Assembly: GCA_963758495.1 (NCBI GenBank)
Contig: CAVWVI010000003.1
Coordinates: 256,001 to 320,000 of the forward strand
Length of the DNA: 64,000 nt
Reading direction: 5' to 3'
Source of the DNA: Oligoflexia bacterium
Lineage (GTDB): Bacteria > Bdellovibrionota > UBA1018
The position numbers were made by a program, and so were the translations under genes. Shown here in pieces: positions 30,157 to 39,395 of this stretch; position 1 is the stretch's first letter; each line of letters opens with the position of its first letter. Under the pieces are notes generated by a model. That model searched no databases. It was not told where the DNA came from and was given only the letters and a program-made list of their open reading frames with translations.

Positions 30157-31358
30157 ATCAAGCCCTGGAAAATTTAAGAAATGGAAAGATGGTGATTCTC
30201 GTTGATGATGAAAATCGAGAGAATGAAGGAGATTTAGTCTTAGCCGCTGAATGGGCCACGCCTGAAGCTATCAATTTTATGGCTACCCACGCTCGAGGAC
30301 TGATCTGTTTATCTCTCAACGATAAACGAGTGGATGAACTGGGGCTCCCCATGATGACTGCTTATAATCAATCCCCCAAACAAACAGCATTTACAGTTTC
30401 AATCGAAGCAAAACATGGGGTGACCACTGGCATTTCAGCCCAAGATCGCGCTCATACCATTCGAGTGGCAGTGGATCCGGGAAAAAGCTCAAATGACCTC
30501 ATCTCTCCTGGACACATATTTCCTCTTCGCGCACAAAAAGGTGGCGTCCTCGTTCGTGCAGGCCATACAGAAGGATCTGTTGATTTGGTGAAAATGGCAG
30601 GATTAAATCCAGCAGCCGTCATTTGCGAAATCATGAAAGAAGACGGTACAATGGCACGTCGGAGTGAGTTAAACGCATTTTCTGAAAAGCATCATATCCC
30701 GATTGTCAGCATAGAAGATCTCATCTCAAGACGAATGGATAATGAGTGTTTAATTGAAGAGGTGGCAAATGCCCAATTACCTTCTCAATTTTCAAAAAGT
30801 GATTTTCAAATTCACGTTTTTAAAAGCTTAATAGATGGAACTGAGCATTTAGCAATGGTTCGAGGCCCTGTCAAAAACCCAGTATTAGTGCGTGTGCATT
30901 CAGAATGTTTCACAGGAGATATTTTTGGATCCCTCCGTTGTGATTGCGGCCCACAACTTCAAACTGCCATCAAACAAATTGGCGAGAGCGAGAGCGGAAT
31001 CCTGATCTATATGCGTAAACATGAGGGCAGAGGAATCGGCCTTACCAATAAAATTCGCGCCTACGCACTTCAAGATCAAGGAATGGATACCGTAGAAGCA
31101 AATCTCCACTTAGGCTTTCCCGCTGATTTAAGACATTATGGATTGGCGACACAAATCCTTAAGTACTTAGGAGCCACTCAACTTCGATTACTCACAAATA
31201 ACCCAAAAAAAACTACGGAACTGCATGGCCATGGACTTTCGGTAATCGAACAAATTCCAATAGAAATTACCCCTAATGTCCATAACCAAGACTATTTAAC
31301 TACGAAAAAACAAAAATTAGGACATTTATTAAAATTAAAAAAGGGCCTATCATGCTAA
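30144..31358 (+). CDS. ribBA: Bifunctional DHBP synthase / GTP cyclohydrolase II
   Basis: DDENRENEGD, RAGHTE, RVHSECFTGD, RCDCG, EGRGIG, LLTNNP. Confidence 0.97.
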   Translation: MPSLDQALENLRNGKMVILVDDENRENEGDLVLAAEWATPEAINFMATHARGLICLSLNDKRVDELGLPMMTAYNQSPKQTAFTVSIEAKHGVTTGISAQDRAHTIRVAVDPGKSSNDLISPGHIFPLRAQKGGVLVRAGHTEGSVDLVKMAGLNPAAVICEIMKEDGTMARRSELNAFSEKHHIPIVSIEDLISRRMDNECLIEEVANAQLPSQFSKSDFQIHVFKSLIDGTEHLAMVRGPVKNPVLVRVHSECFTGDIFGSLRCDCGPQLQTAIKQIGESESGILIYMRKHEGRGIGLTNKIRAYALQDQGMDTVEANLHLGFPADLRHYGLATQILKYLGATQLRLLTNNPKKTTELHGHGLSVIEQIPIEITPNVHNQDYLTTKKQKLGHLLKLKKGLSC

Positions 31359-31789
31359 GATTCGCTGTAGTGGTAAGTCGCTTCAATGAAGAAGTAACGA
31401 GTGGACTTCTCAAAGGTGCACAAGAATACTTGAACGAAAAAAACATTCACGTAAGTGGTTCTGATATTTTTCCTGCCCCCGGTGCATTTGAAATTCCTTT
31501 AATTGCTCAAAAACTTGCTAAAACTCAAAAATTCGCAGGGATTATCTGCTTAGGCTGTGTAATTAAAGGAGATACTGCTCACTTTGAATTTATAAGCCTG
31601 TCTGCAACGATGGGGATTTTACAGGGAATGCTCACCACAGAAACACCCATTACTTTTGGGATTCTTACCACCTATACAGACGAACAAGCGTCCCTCCGAA
31701 GCCAACATAATTCACACAACAAAGGTCGCGAGGCTGCTGCTGCTTGCTTAGAAGCAGCAGAGACTTTAATCCGAATCGAAAGACTTTAA
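31352..31789 (+). CDS. ribH: 6,7-dimethyl-8-ribityllumazine synthase
   Basis: SRFN, PGAFEIP, GCVIKGDTAHF, NKGREAA. Confidence 0.96.
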   Translation: MLRFAVVVSRFNEEVTSGLLKGAQEYLNEKNIHVSGSDIFPAPGAFEIPLIAQKLAKTQKFAGIICLGCVIKGDTAHFEFISLSATMGILQGMLTTETPITFGILTTYTDEQASLRSQHNSHNKGREAAAACLEAAETLIRIERL

Positions 31790-31794
31790 TTCAA

Positions 31795-32730
31795 ATGACC
31801 ACCCTCAATCATCATCATCATCACGATCATGAACACCACTCTCATCATCATGTAAACAATAAAGGTCCCGCAGCCATTAAACGCGCAATCTTTGTCACCT
31901 TTCTTTTTATGATTATTGAATTAGTGGGAGGTTGGTTAGCCAATAGCTTAGCCCTTGTTTCAGATGGCGCCCATATGTTGACAGATATAGGCGCTATGCT
32001 GCTCAGTCTCTTTGCTTTCTGGGTAGCTCGTCGGCCTAGCACTCCTACTATGAGTTTTGGCTACCATCGCGCTGAAATTTTAGGCGCACTCATGAGCGGA
32101 TTGCTGATTTGGCTGATTTCGGGCATTTTAATTTATGAAGCCTTGATGCGAATACAGGCTCCTCCTAAAGTAGAAGGACCGCTCGTTTTTGTAATTGCTA
32201 CGATAGGATTGGCCGCCAATTTGGTGAGCATGTGGATGCTTCGATCGACGAAGGACGAAAATCTAAATACTCGTGCAGCCTATCTTCACCTGATCTCTGA
32301 CTCCTTAGGGAGTGTCGGCGCAATCATCGCAGGTTTAGTCCTATGGTTTACGGATTGGCGCCCCATTGATCCCATTATCACCATTTTATTTGCAGCCTTA
32401 ATGCTTTTTGGCTCTTGGAGTCTTGTTAAAGAAGCGGTGGGAGTTCTCATGGAATCGGCACCCTCCCATGTAGACCCCACGGAGGTAAAAAATAATCTCC
32501 AAGCCATTAAAGGCGTTATAGAAGCCCATGATCTACATATCTGGACCGTGTCGAGTGGAAGATTAGCTTTGAGTGTTCACTTGATATCGGAAAATACCGA
32601 ATCGGTCCTAATGATCGCTAATGACCTTCTAAAACAAAAACACGGGATTATCCATACAACGATCCAGGTGGAGCATCCTAATCGATTTCAATCAGAACGC
32701 TGTTATGATTGTGTTCCTATTGAGGTGTAA
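31795..32730 (+). CDS. czcD: Cation diffusion facilitator (Zn/Co/Cd efflux)
   Basis: His-rich N-terminus, SDGAHMLTD, FGYHRAEIL, HDLHIW, HTTIQVE; ATG 31795. Confidence 0.93.
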   Translation: MTTLNHHHHHDHEHHSHHHVNNKGPAAIKRAIFVTFLFMIIELVGGWLANSLALVSDGAHMLTDIGAMLLSLFAFWVARRPSTPTMSFGYHRAEILGALMSGLLIWLISGILIYEALMRIQAPPKVEGPLVFVIATIGLAANLVSMWMLRSTKDENLNTRAAYLHLISDSLGSVGAIIAGLVLWFTDWRPIDPIITILFAALMLFGSWSLVKEAVGVLMESAPSHVDPTEVKNNLQAIKGVIEAHDLHIWTVSSGRLALSVHLISENTESVLMIANDLLKQKHGIIHTTIQVEHPNRFQSERCYDCVPIEV

Positions 32731-32776
32731 GACTCCTTGCAGTTCTTGTCAACAACCCTAAAGGAACTGCTTACTT
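32728..32776 (+). repeat. Copy of dispersed ~45-bp intergenic repeat
   Basis: taagactccttgcagttcttgtcaacaaccctaaaggaactgcttact; related copies at 33087-33130(-) and 22725-22768(-); partial copies at 14812-14830, 18002-18020, 33163-33182. Confidence 0.8.
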
Positions 32777-32822
32777 GAGATTAGAACAATTCAATGATAA
32801 GGGTATCTTTATCAGTCGGTAT

Positions 32823-32899
32823 GCACCCGTAGCTCAGTTGGATAGAGCATCTGGCTTCGGACCAGAGGGTCGGGCGTTCGAATCGCTCCGGGTGCACCA
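32823..32899 (+). tRNA. tRNA-Arg (anticodon UCG)
   Basis: Cloverleaf with GCACCCG/CGGGTGC acceptor stem, anticodon loop CT-TCG-GA, TTCGAAT T-loop, encoded CCA. Confidence 0.96.
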
Positions 32900-32911
32900 T
32901 CTTAATCATTC

Positions 32912-33074
32912 ATTGTGCGCCTGCCACGAAGGATGAATTGCAAAAAACCATAAAGAATTCATATATTCATCAAGGTAAAGTGGCGATCTGAACCCACTCA
33001 TCATCAAGTTATCACAAAAGCGATGTCATCATGATGATTTAACTTAAACTCGTCCTTCGTGACAGGCGCACAAT
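32912..33074. repeat. 163-bp element with 28-bp imperfect terminal inverted repeats (MITE-like)
   Basis: attgtgcgcctgccacgaaggatgaatt ... aactcgtccttcgtgacaggcgcacaat, 25/28 complementary. Confidence 0.7.
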
Positions 33075-33110
33075 AAAAGATTTGAATAAGTAATTCCTTT
33101 AGGGGGTGAC

Positions 33111-33182
33111 AAGAAGTGCAAGGAGTCTTATTGCGCCGTAAAGATTTGGATTCCCGGCGCAATAAGACTCCTTGCACTTCTT
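33111..33182. repeat. Perfect 28-bp inverted repeat (16-nt loop), probable terminator for slyD
   Basis: aagaagtgcaaggagtcttattgcgccg / cggcgcaataagactccttgcacttctt. Confidence 0.85.
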
Positions 33183-33187
33183 ACAAA

Positions 33188-33664
33188 TTAATGGAGATAG
33201 ATTTTAGAATATTGGGTGTGAGTTTGCTCAAGCTCACGACTCGTTGCGCAACGAATCGAAGTAGCTTCAACCTCAAATATCAAATCTTGGCCGGCTAAAG
33301 GGTGATTTCCATCTAAAACCAGTGTTTTATCGAATACTTCAATGACTCGAAATGTTCGATATTCACCCTGTTTATCCTGCGTAATAACCTCATGACCTAT
33401 GTCAATTTGCTCACTAAAGGGTAAATCCCGGCGTAAAATTTTAATCATAAGTTCCGGCTCATAAAAGCCATAGGCCTGATCCGCTTTCACAACAATCTTT
33501 CGCTTTTCACCTTTTTTTAAATTCTGAAGCCCACGAATGAGAACGGCTAAAATGCCTGAATGTCCATCTGCAAAGGTCAATACCTCCTGATAATACGCTG
33601 AACTGATCAATTTCCCTGTATAACTTTTAAGCACACAATGAAATGAAACAACTTGAGCCTTCAC
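33188..33664 (-). CDS. slyD: FKBP-type peptidyl-prolyl isomerase (SlyD-like, no His tail)
   Basis: AYGFYEP, LDGNHPLAGQDLIFEVE; GTG start at 33664 with AAGGA RBS. Confidence 0.85.
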   Translation of the reverse strand: MKAQVVSFHCVLKSYTGKLISSAYYQEVLTFADGHSGILAVLIRGLQNLKKGEKRKIVVKADQAYGFYEPELMIKILRRDLPFSEQIDIGHEVITQDKQGEYRTFRVIEVFDKTLVLDGNHPLAGQDLIFEVEATSIRCATSRELEQTHTQYSKIYLH

Positions 33665-33964
33665 GTGCAAATCCTTTTAGGTCTTGACATAGCAACCACC
33701 CAATCTTTCTTTTCAAATTCAATCTATCATACTCTCAAGGTCACACACGTGAAGTTTGCAGAAAATTAAATCGCTTGATATTTAAAAACGAGGGCCTATT
33801 CAAAATTAGTGGACCAAATTATTTTTCACAGTCTGCCTAAATTAGTTTTCCATCTCTTATCGTATGTGTTATCATACAGGACGATAAATTGTTTAGTCGC
33901 CTCAGAGTCTGCGAGCACAGTGCTCATATCCTCTTTAGCGGCCCCCAAGCCTTAAGGAGGTTTC

Positions 33965-34318
33965 ATGGGTAAAAAATTATATGTTGGTAATCTTCCTTTT
34001 TCAGCAACCGACCAAGTTCTGGTAGATACATTCTCTCAGTGTGGCACAGTTGAATCAGCTAAAATCATTATTGATCGTGACACAGGTCGCAGTAAGGGTT
34101 TCGGCTTCGTAGAAATGGCATCTGATGCTGAAGCAGCTGATGCAATTAGCAAATTCAATGGCGCAGATTATGACGGCCGCGCAATGACTGTCAATGAAGC
34201 AAGACCTATGGCACCTCGTGAAAACAAAGGTGGCTTTGGTGGCGGCGGAAATCGTGGCGGCGGAAGCCGTGGTGGTTTCGGTGGCGGCGCTGGCGGCGGA
34301 CGCGGAAATCGTTATTAA
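33965..34318 (+). CDS. RRM RNA-binding protein with Gly-rich tail
   Basis: RNP2 KLYVGNL, RNP1 RSKGFGFVEM; strong AAGGAGG RBS. Confidence 0.95.
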   Translation: MGKKLYVGNLPFSATDQVLVDTFSQCGTVESAKIIIDRDTGRSKGFGFVEMASDAEAADAISKFNGADYDGRAMTVNEARPMAPRENKGGFGGGGNRGGGSRGGFGGGAGGGRGNRY

Positions 34319-34491
34319 TCTTTATTTAACTTTTTCCGGCGAAATTCTCCATTCATAGCTCATTCAGAACTTGGATGGAGATGGAAGCCGTGCTACATTC
34401 CCGATTGAGATTAAGGGCATAGTCTATAAGTCGCAAGACTTTAGAAGCCCTCACTTCACAAGAGGGAGTGGTCACAGATAGGACGTTTCAT

Positions 34492-34713
34492 TTGTCTAAA
34501 GAAGATCTAATTCGTATTGAAGGTAAAATTTCAGACGCAACGGGTGGTGGTATTTACCAAATTCTGCTTGAAAATGGACATACCATTTCCGCAAGACTTT
34601 CAGGAAAGATGAAGCGTTTTAAGATTCGGATCATTGTGGGGGACAAAGTCACTGTTGGCGTGTCCCCCTACGATCCTTCTCATGGAATTATTACTCATCG
34701 ACAGAAGATTTAG
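34492..34713 (+). CDS. infA: Translation initiation factor IF-1
   Basis: (M)SKEDLIRIEG, SGKMKRFKIRIIVGDKVTV, SPYD; TTG start inferred. Confidence 0.9.
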   Translation: MSKEDLIRIEGKISDATGGGIYQILLENGHTISARLSGKMKRFKIRIIVGDKVTVGVSPYDPSHGIITHRQKI

Positions 34714-34792
34714 ATGTTCTGAGCATCATCCTCCCATCTAATCTGTTACATTTGATCATAAGTTCTTATTTCAATTTAAAGAGGGGGACGAT

Positions 34793-34966
34793 ATGAAAGC
34801 TACCTATACTAAGCCCGGTAGAAATCAATTTAAATGTTATCATTGTGGCTTAATCTTTCAAAGTAAAGACGGCAATTGGTATAATTGGAACACTATGGAA
34901 GTACATCTTTGTTTTTCATGTGAAAAAATTACCAAAAATATGCCTGAACGATGCTTATCCCATTAG
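34793..34966 (+). CDS. 57-aa zinc-finger microprotein
   Basis: Hand translation MKATYTKPGRNQFKCYHCGLIFQSKDGNWYNWNTMEVHLCFSCEKITKNMPERCLSH; two CxxC; GAGGGGG RBS; below the ORF-track cutoff. Confidence 0.75.
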   Translation: MKATYTKPGRNQFKCYHCGLIFQSKDGNWYNWNTMEVHLCFSCEKITKNMPERCLSH

Positions 34967-35075
34967 TAAATATGATTTTTTAAGCTACAGTCGACATTTA
35001 CTTCGTTTAATATTAATTATTGCGTGAGTATTTTTACTTAGGAATCAAATTATTTATGCGATAAGGGGGCAGTGT

Positions 35076-36149
35076 ATGGCATTTTTAAACCGCGTCTTAG
35101 ACCCACCATCTTACGGATTTGAGAACAACGGTGTTTTTTATATCCCAAGCCACAAAGAGATTTTTCTAGAATTCCTTCGAAAAACTAATATTATTCGTTC
35201 AAAAAAAAACTGGCTATCCTTCTTTGGATGGGCAGCTGCACTTCTTCTCAGTATTCCTCTTTTTATTTTTATTTATAACTATTTCAGTTGGCCACTCTTA
35301 CTGATTGGTTTCGTTTACAGCATGGTGATTTTAGGTTCTCATGGAACTGTCTATCTTCACCGATACTCTACTCATCGTGCATTTATCTTTAAAAACTCAT
35401 TTGCTAAATTTATTTGTAAAAACTTGGTTATAAAAATTATCCCTGAAGAAACTTATGTCATTTCACACCATGTTCATCATTGGCTGTCGGAAAAACCAGG
35501 AGACCCTTATAATGTAAATGGTGGATGGCTTTATTGCTTTTTAGCCGATGTCACTCATCAAGGAATTGCTAAAGATCTCACTAAGAAAGACTACGAACAA
35601 CTTAAGAAACTCATGGCACATACGGGTGTGATATTAAATAGCTATGAAAGCTACCTCAAATGGGGTTCTCTTTGTCATCCCTTTTTTACGACCCTCAATT
35701 ATACTTTAAATTGGGCATTTTGGTATGGAGTATTCTATTTAATTGGAGGAAATGCCCTCGCAACAGCGATTTTTGGAATGTCGTTTATCTGGGCTATTGG
35801 AGTTCGAACGTTTAATTACCAAGGACATGGTAGTGGCAAAGATAGAAGACGTGATGGAATTGATTTCAATCGTGATGATCGATCCATTAATGAAGTTTGG
35901 CCTGGATACGTTGCTGGAGAATGGCACAATAACCATCATCTCTATCCGAACGGAGCTCGATCAGGCTTTTTACGTTATCAACTCGACTTACCTTGGATAT
36001 TTATCTGGTCTTATTCACAGATAGGTGGAATTTCCTCCTATCGTGATTATAAAGCCAACTTTTTGAAAGACTATTACCTTCCTTACCTTTCAAAAGAACT
36101 CGTATCCAAAAAAACTGTGATAGAGTCAGTAAAAGTTTTTCAAAATTAA
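35076..36149 (+). CDS. Fatty acid desaturase (delta-9-like)
   Basis: His boxes HRYSTH, HHVHH, HNNHH; TM helices. Confidence 0.92.
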   Translation: MAFLNRVLDPPSYGFENNGVFYIPSHKEIFLEFLRKTNIIRSKKNWLSFFGWAAALLLSIPLFIFIYNYFSWPLLLIGFVYSMVILGSHGTVYLHRYSTHRAFIFKNSFAKFICKNLVIKIIPEETYVISHHVHHWLSEKPGDPYNVNGGWLYCFLADVTHQGIAKDLTKKDYEQLKKLMAHTGVILNSYESYLKWGSLCHPFFTTLNYTLNWAFWYGVFYLIGGNALATAIFGMSFIWAIGVRTFNYQGHGSGKDRRRDGIDFNRDDRSINEVWPGYVAGEWHNNHHLYPNGARSGFLRYQLDLPWIFIWSYSQIGGISSYRDYKANFLKDYYLPYLSKELVSKKTVIESVKVFQN

Positions 36150-36174
36150 TTCATCTAAAAAAAGGGAAGCAACC

Positions 36175-36417
36175 ATGGAACCCAATGATTATGAGTCAGA
36201 TATTACCTTTGGTCTTTGGTTAAAAGATCAACGTGTTCGAAATGGTTTCACTATTGAAGAAGCCTCAAAAAAGGCGGAAATCCCACTTCAAAGACTGAAA
36301 TCTCTTGAAATAGGCTATGCCGAAAAAGGAATCACATACGCCGAATCCAAGAAGCTCAGTGGGCTCTATAAAATCGTACTTGAAGATTTTATTCAAAGAG
36401 CATCTGAAGATAAATAA
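36175..36417 (+). CDS. Small XRE-family HTH protein
   Basis: FGLWLKDQRVRNGFTIEEASKKAEIPLQRLKSLEIG. Confidence 0.8.
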   Translation: MEPNDYESDITFGLWLKDQRVRNGFTIEEASKKAEIPLQRLKSLEIGYAEKGITYAESKKLSGLYKIVLEDFIQRASEDK

Positions 36418-36812
36418 ATAAAATCCAGAGGGACTTGAATATCTGGATGTAAACTTTTGTGCACTGGGCAAAGATGCGCTGCATTTTCTAATTTTTTTCT
36501 ATAATCTTCAGATATTTTGTCGGGTAACATAATTTTTACTTTAAGTGACCCAATTCTTCTGGGTTGAGTGATCATCTCTTTTTCAACTTCGAAGCGCGCC
36601 CCCCCTAACGAAACTCCATCTCTTTCCGCGACGATTGCCATAGTGGTGAGAATACAGCTCCCCAATGCAGCCCCGACTAAGTCCGTAGGAGAAAATCGCT
36701 CCCCCCTTCCTTGATTATCTTTAGGTGCATCCGTTTCAATTTTTGAATTCGACGGAATATGAATTAAATCACAATGTTTTTCACCCGTATAAGTTCCTGC
36801 CATTTTTACCAT
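36393..36812 (-). CDS. OsmC-family protein
   Basis: TDAPKDNQG, FSPTDL, LGSC, CPVHKSL. Confidence 0.92.
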   Translation of the reverse strand: MVKMAGTYTGEKHCDLIHIPSNSKIETDAPKDNQGRGERFSPTDLVGAALGSCILTTMAIVAERDGVSLGGARFEVEKEMITQPRRIGSLKVKIMLPDKISEDYRKKLENAAHLCPVHKSLHPDIQVPLDFIYLSSDAL

Positions 36813-36933
36813 AACTAAGTACCCCTGAAGGATGGAGTGCCACTATTTAGGCAACAGATCAAATCTTTTTGTGAATTAACCTGTGACACTTGCTTGCCCT
36901 GTTCCATTTTGATACCTATTAAAGTCAACGTCT

Positions 36934-37758
36934 ATGACACAAACTTTTCAAACTCCTTTAGATGTGAGTCACTTAAGTAAACGTTATAGAACCTCAACCC
37001 AAAGGGCGTTCGAAGCTATTTCAAATGTATCATTTGAAGTTCAAGCAGGAGAGTGCTTTGGGCTTCTGGGGCCAAATGGAGCAGGTAAATCGACCACTAT
37101 TAATTGTATCTCTGGATTTTTTCCTGCTAGCTCGGGAAGCGTTTCCATTCTCGGTCATAATGTCTATACGGACCCCAAATCAGCACGTTATTTTCTAGGA
37201 GTCTGTACACAAGACGACACATTAGATACTGATTTCAACGTATTAGACCAGCTCATTCGGTATGCCACCTTCTTTAGAGTTCCCGTCATTGAAGGACGGA
37301 AAAGGGCGGAAAATTTATTAATACGTTTTGGGCTTGAACAAAAAGCAAATCACCCGATTGAAAGTCTTTCTGGGGGCATGAGACGTCGTCTGCAAGTTGC
37401 GCGAGCCTTAATCTCTTGTCCCAAAGTTCTCATACTGGATGAACCGACCACCGGACTTGACCCCGAAGCACGTCGGGTTCTCTGGGAAATTCTTATGGAA
37501 TGTCGAAGCGAGGGCATCGCTATTCTTCTTTCAACACACTATATGGAAGAAGCCGAGAGACTCTGCGATCGAGTAGCTATTATTTACCAAGGCAAAATCT
37601 TAGATATAGACTCTCCAAATAAGCTGATCCTAAAATACATTGATCAAACCATCATCGAAGAGGAAGTTCGACCTGGGGCCATTTGGAAACGTCCTCCTAA
37701 TTTAGAGGATGTTTATCTTAAACTCACGGGTAGTAGACTTGGAGTCAATGGATCATGA
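36934..37758 (+). CDS. ABC transporter ATP-binding protein (NodI-like)
   Basis: GPNGAGKST, LSGGMRRR, LDEPTTGLD, STHYMEEAERLCDR. Confidence 0.93.
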   Translation: MTQTFQTPLDVSHLSKRYRTSTQRAFEAISNVSFEVQAGECFGLLGPNGAGKSTTINCISGFFPASSGSVSILGHNVYTDPKSARYFLGVCTQDDTLDTDFNVLDQLIRYATFFRVPVIEGRKRAENLLIRFGLEQKANHPIESLSGGMRRRLQVARALISCPKVLILDEPTTGLDPEARRVLWEILMECRSEGIAILLSTHYMEEAERLCDRVAIIYQGKILDIDSPNKLILKYIDQTIIEEEVRPGAIWKRPPNLEDVYLKLTGSRLGVNGS

Positions 37759-38531
37759 GAGTTCAAGTTTCACTTTGGGGTATCCGCTGTGTCTGGCTTC
37801 GTTATTTTGACGTCTTTAGAAAAAGTTTTATTTATTATTTAGTGACAACGTTTCTCGAACCTATACTTTATCTTCTTTCGTTTGGAATTGGACTAGGCAG
37901 TTTAGTAGAGCATCTTGAATATCATGGGATAGTTGTTAAATATCGCAGTTTTATTTTTTCTGGAATTATTGGCCAAGCAGTTCTTTTTCAGGGATTTTTT
38001 GAGGCTTCTTATGGTGGCTTTGTTCGAATGTATTATCAAAAAATTTTTCATGCAATGGCCGTCACTCCCATTACCTTATCAGAAGTCCTATGGGGCGAAC
38101 TTCTTTGGGATACGATGAAAGCAACGACTGCTGCGGAGGTGGTTGTTTTTATCGGTGTCATGACCGGTGATTTTTCACCCTGGTCGATGTTGCAGATTTT
38201 TCCGCTCTGCTTTGCCAGCTCTCTTCTTTTTTCTGCTTTGGGCTTAGCGGTTGCAGCTAATTCAAGCACTATTGATCAAATCTCGTATCCACAATTTCTT
38301 CTAGTTTTTCCCATGTTTCTTTTTAGTGGCGTATTTTATCCCATAGAAAACTTACCTATTATTCTTCAAGGGGTAGCTTGGGCACTTCCTTTAACTTCTG
38401 TCATTTCACTGGCTCGATCTTTTACGCTTGGATTTCCAATTGAAATAAAGGCTATCTTCATTCTCTTCTTTTGGCTCATTATTTTAGTTTGGATATCTAG
38501 AAAATCCATGACGCGCCGACTGGTTAAATAA
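37755..38531 (+). CDS. ABC-2 permease (NodJ-like)
   Basis: LEPILYLLSFGIGLG, PMFLFSGVFYP; ATGA overlap with the ATPase gene. Confidence 0.9.
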   Translation: MRVQVSLWGIRCVWLRYFDVFRKSFIYYLVTTFLEPILYLLSFGIGLGSLVEHLEYHGIVVKYRSFIFSGIIGQAVLFQGFFEASYGGFVRMYYQKIFHAMAVTPITLSEVLWGELLWDTMKATTAAEVVVFIGVMTGDFSPWSMLQIFPLCFASSLLFSALGLAVAANSSTIDQISYPQFLLVFPMFLFSGVFYPIENLPIILQGVAWALPLTSVISLARSFTLGFPIEIKAIFILFFWLIILVWISRKSMTRRLVK

Positions 38532-38622
38532 CTAATTTTTTTGCAAAATTTCTTCTAGTCTGCTCTACTTCGATATCTAAATCCGGTTGTTTTAAACTTT
38601 TTGAAAAACCAGGGGCACATCT

Positions 38623-39249
38623 ATGATTCACAAAAATTCAGGTAAATTCGTTTTAATCTGCAGCTTCATCATGATTTCGTCGGTCAATTGCGCATCTCCC
38701 GGCAAAAGCACGGGGATCGGTGCAGGAGCAGGCGCAGCTACAGGTGCCGCCATTGGAGGTGCTCTAGGCGGCTGGAAAGGTGCGGGAGTGGGTGCATTAT
38801 TGGGAACTGCCACTGGGGGATCAATTGGAAACTACCTAGACAAACAAGCCCAAGAATTGAAACAAGTGGCAAATACGAAACGAACCAAAGATGGCATCCT
38901 GGTTAAATTGAAAAATGACTTGTTATTTGGCACTGGTAGCGCGGTTCTCAAAGATACTGCCATTGACGACATTTCTAGTTTAGGGGATATTTTATCGAAA
39001 TATCCAGATGACCGCATCAAAATCGAAGGCTTCACAGATAACGTAGGAAAAGCGGATTATAATGAATCATTATCAATCCGACGAGCAGAGGCCGTCAGAC
39101 GTGTTCTGATAGGAAGAGGCGTCAAGGACAATCAAATGATTGTTTTAGGATTTGGTGAAACCAAACCTATTTCAGACAACGCAACCCGCCAAGGACGCGC
39201 TGCAAATCGAAGAGTGGAACTTCATATTGACGTGCCTCAAAAAACCTAA
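38623..39249 (+). CDS. OmpA-family lipoprotein with glycine zipper
   Basis: Gly zipper; EGFTDNVG, LSIRRAEAV, NRRVE. Confidence 0.92.
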   Translation: MIHKNSGKFVLICSFIMISSVNCASPGKSTGIGAGAGAATGAAIGGALGGWKGAGVGALLGTATGGSIGNYLDKQAQELKQVANTKRTKDGILVKLKNDLLFGTGSAVLKDTAIDDISSLGDILSKYPDDRIKIEGFTDNVGKADYNESLSIRRAEAVRRVLIGRGVKDNQMIVLGFGETKPISDNATRQGRAANRRVELHIDVPQKT

Positions 39250-39395
39250 GGGCATCGCTCAGTGTATGTGACCACTCTGGATTCAAAAAAATACAATCAT
39301 CAAGTAATTTACTTTAACAGCTTGTCTAAAAAAACTTAATGCTGACTCGCTTTTATTGATTGAAAAATCGCCGTATTGCAGGTAATCGTTTGTCC

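Noticed and set aside
31808..31852. CAT-rich repeat at the czcD start (and GGC-rich tract at 34230-34300)
   Set aside because: Ordinary His-rich CDF N-terminus and Gly-rich RRM tail
32728..33182. CRISPR array or 6S RNA near tRNA-Arg
   Set aside because: Repeats are inverted and irregularly spaced, with no cas genes; the 163-bp element lacks the continuous inner stem and central bubble of 6S RNA
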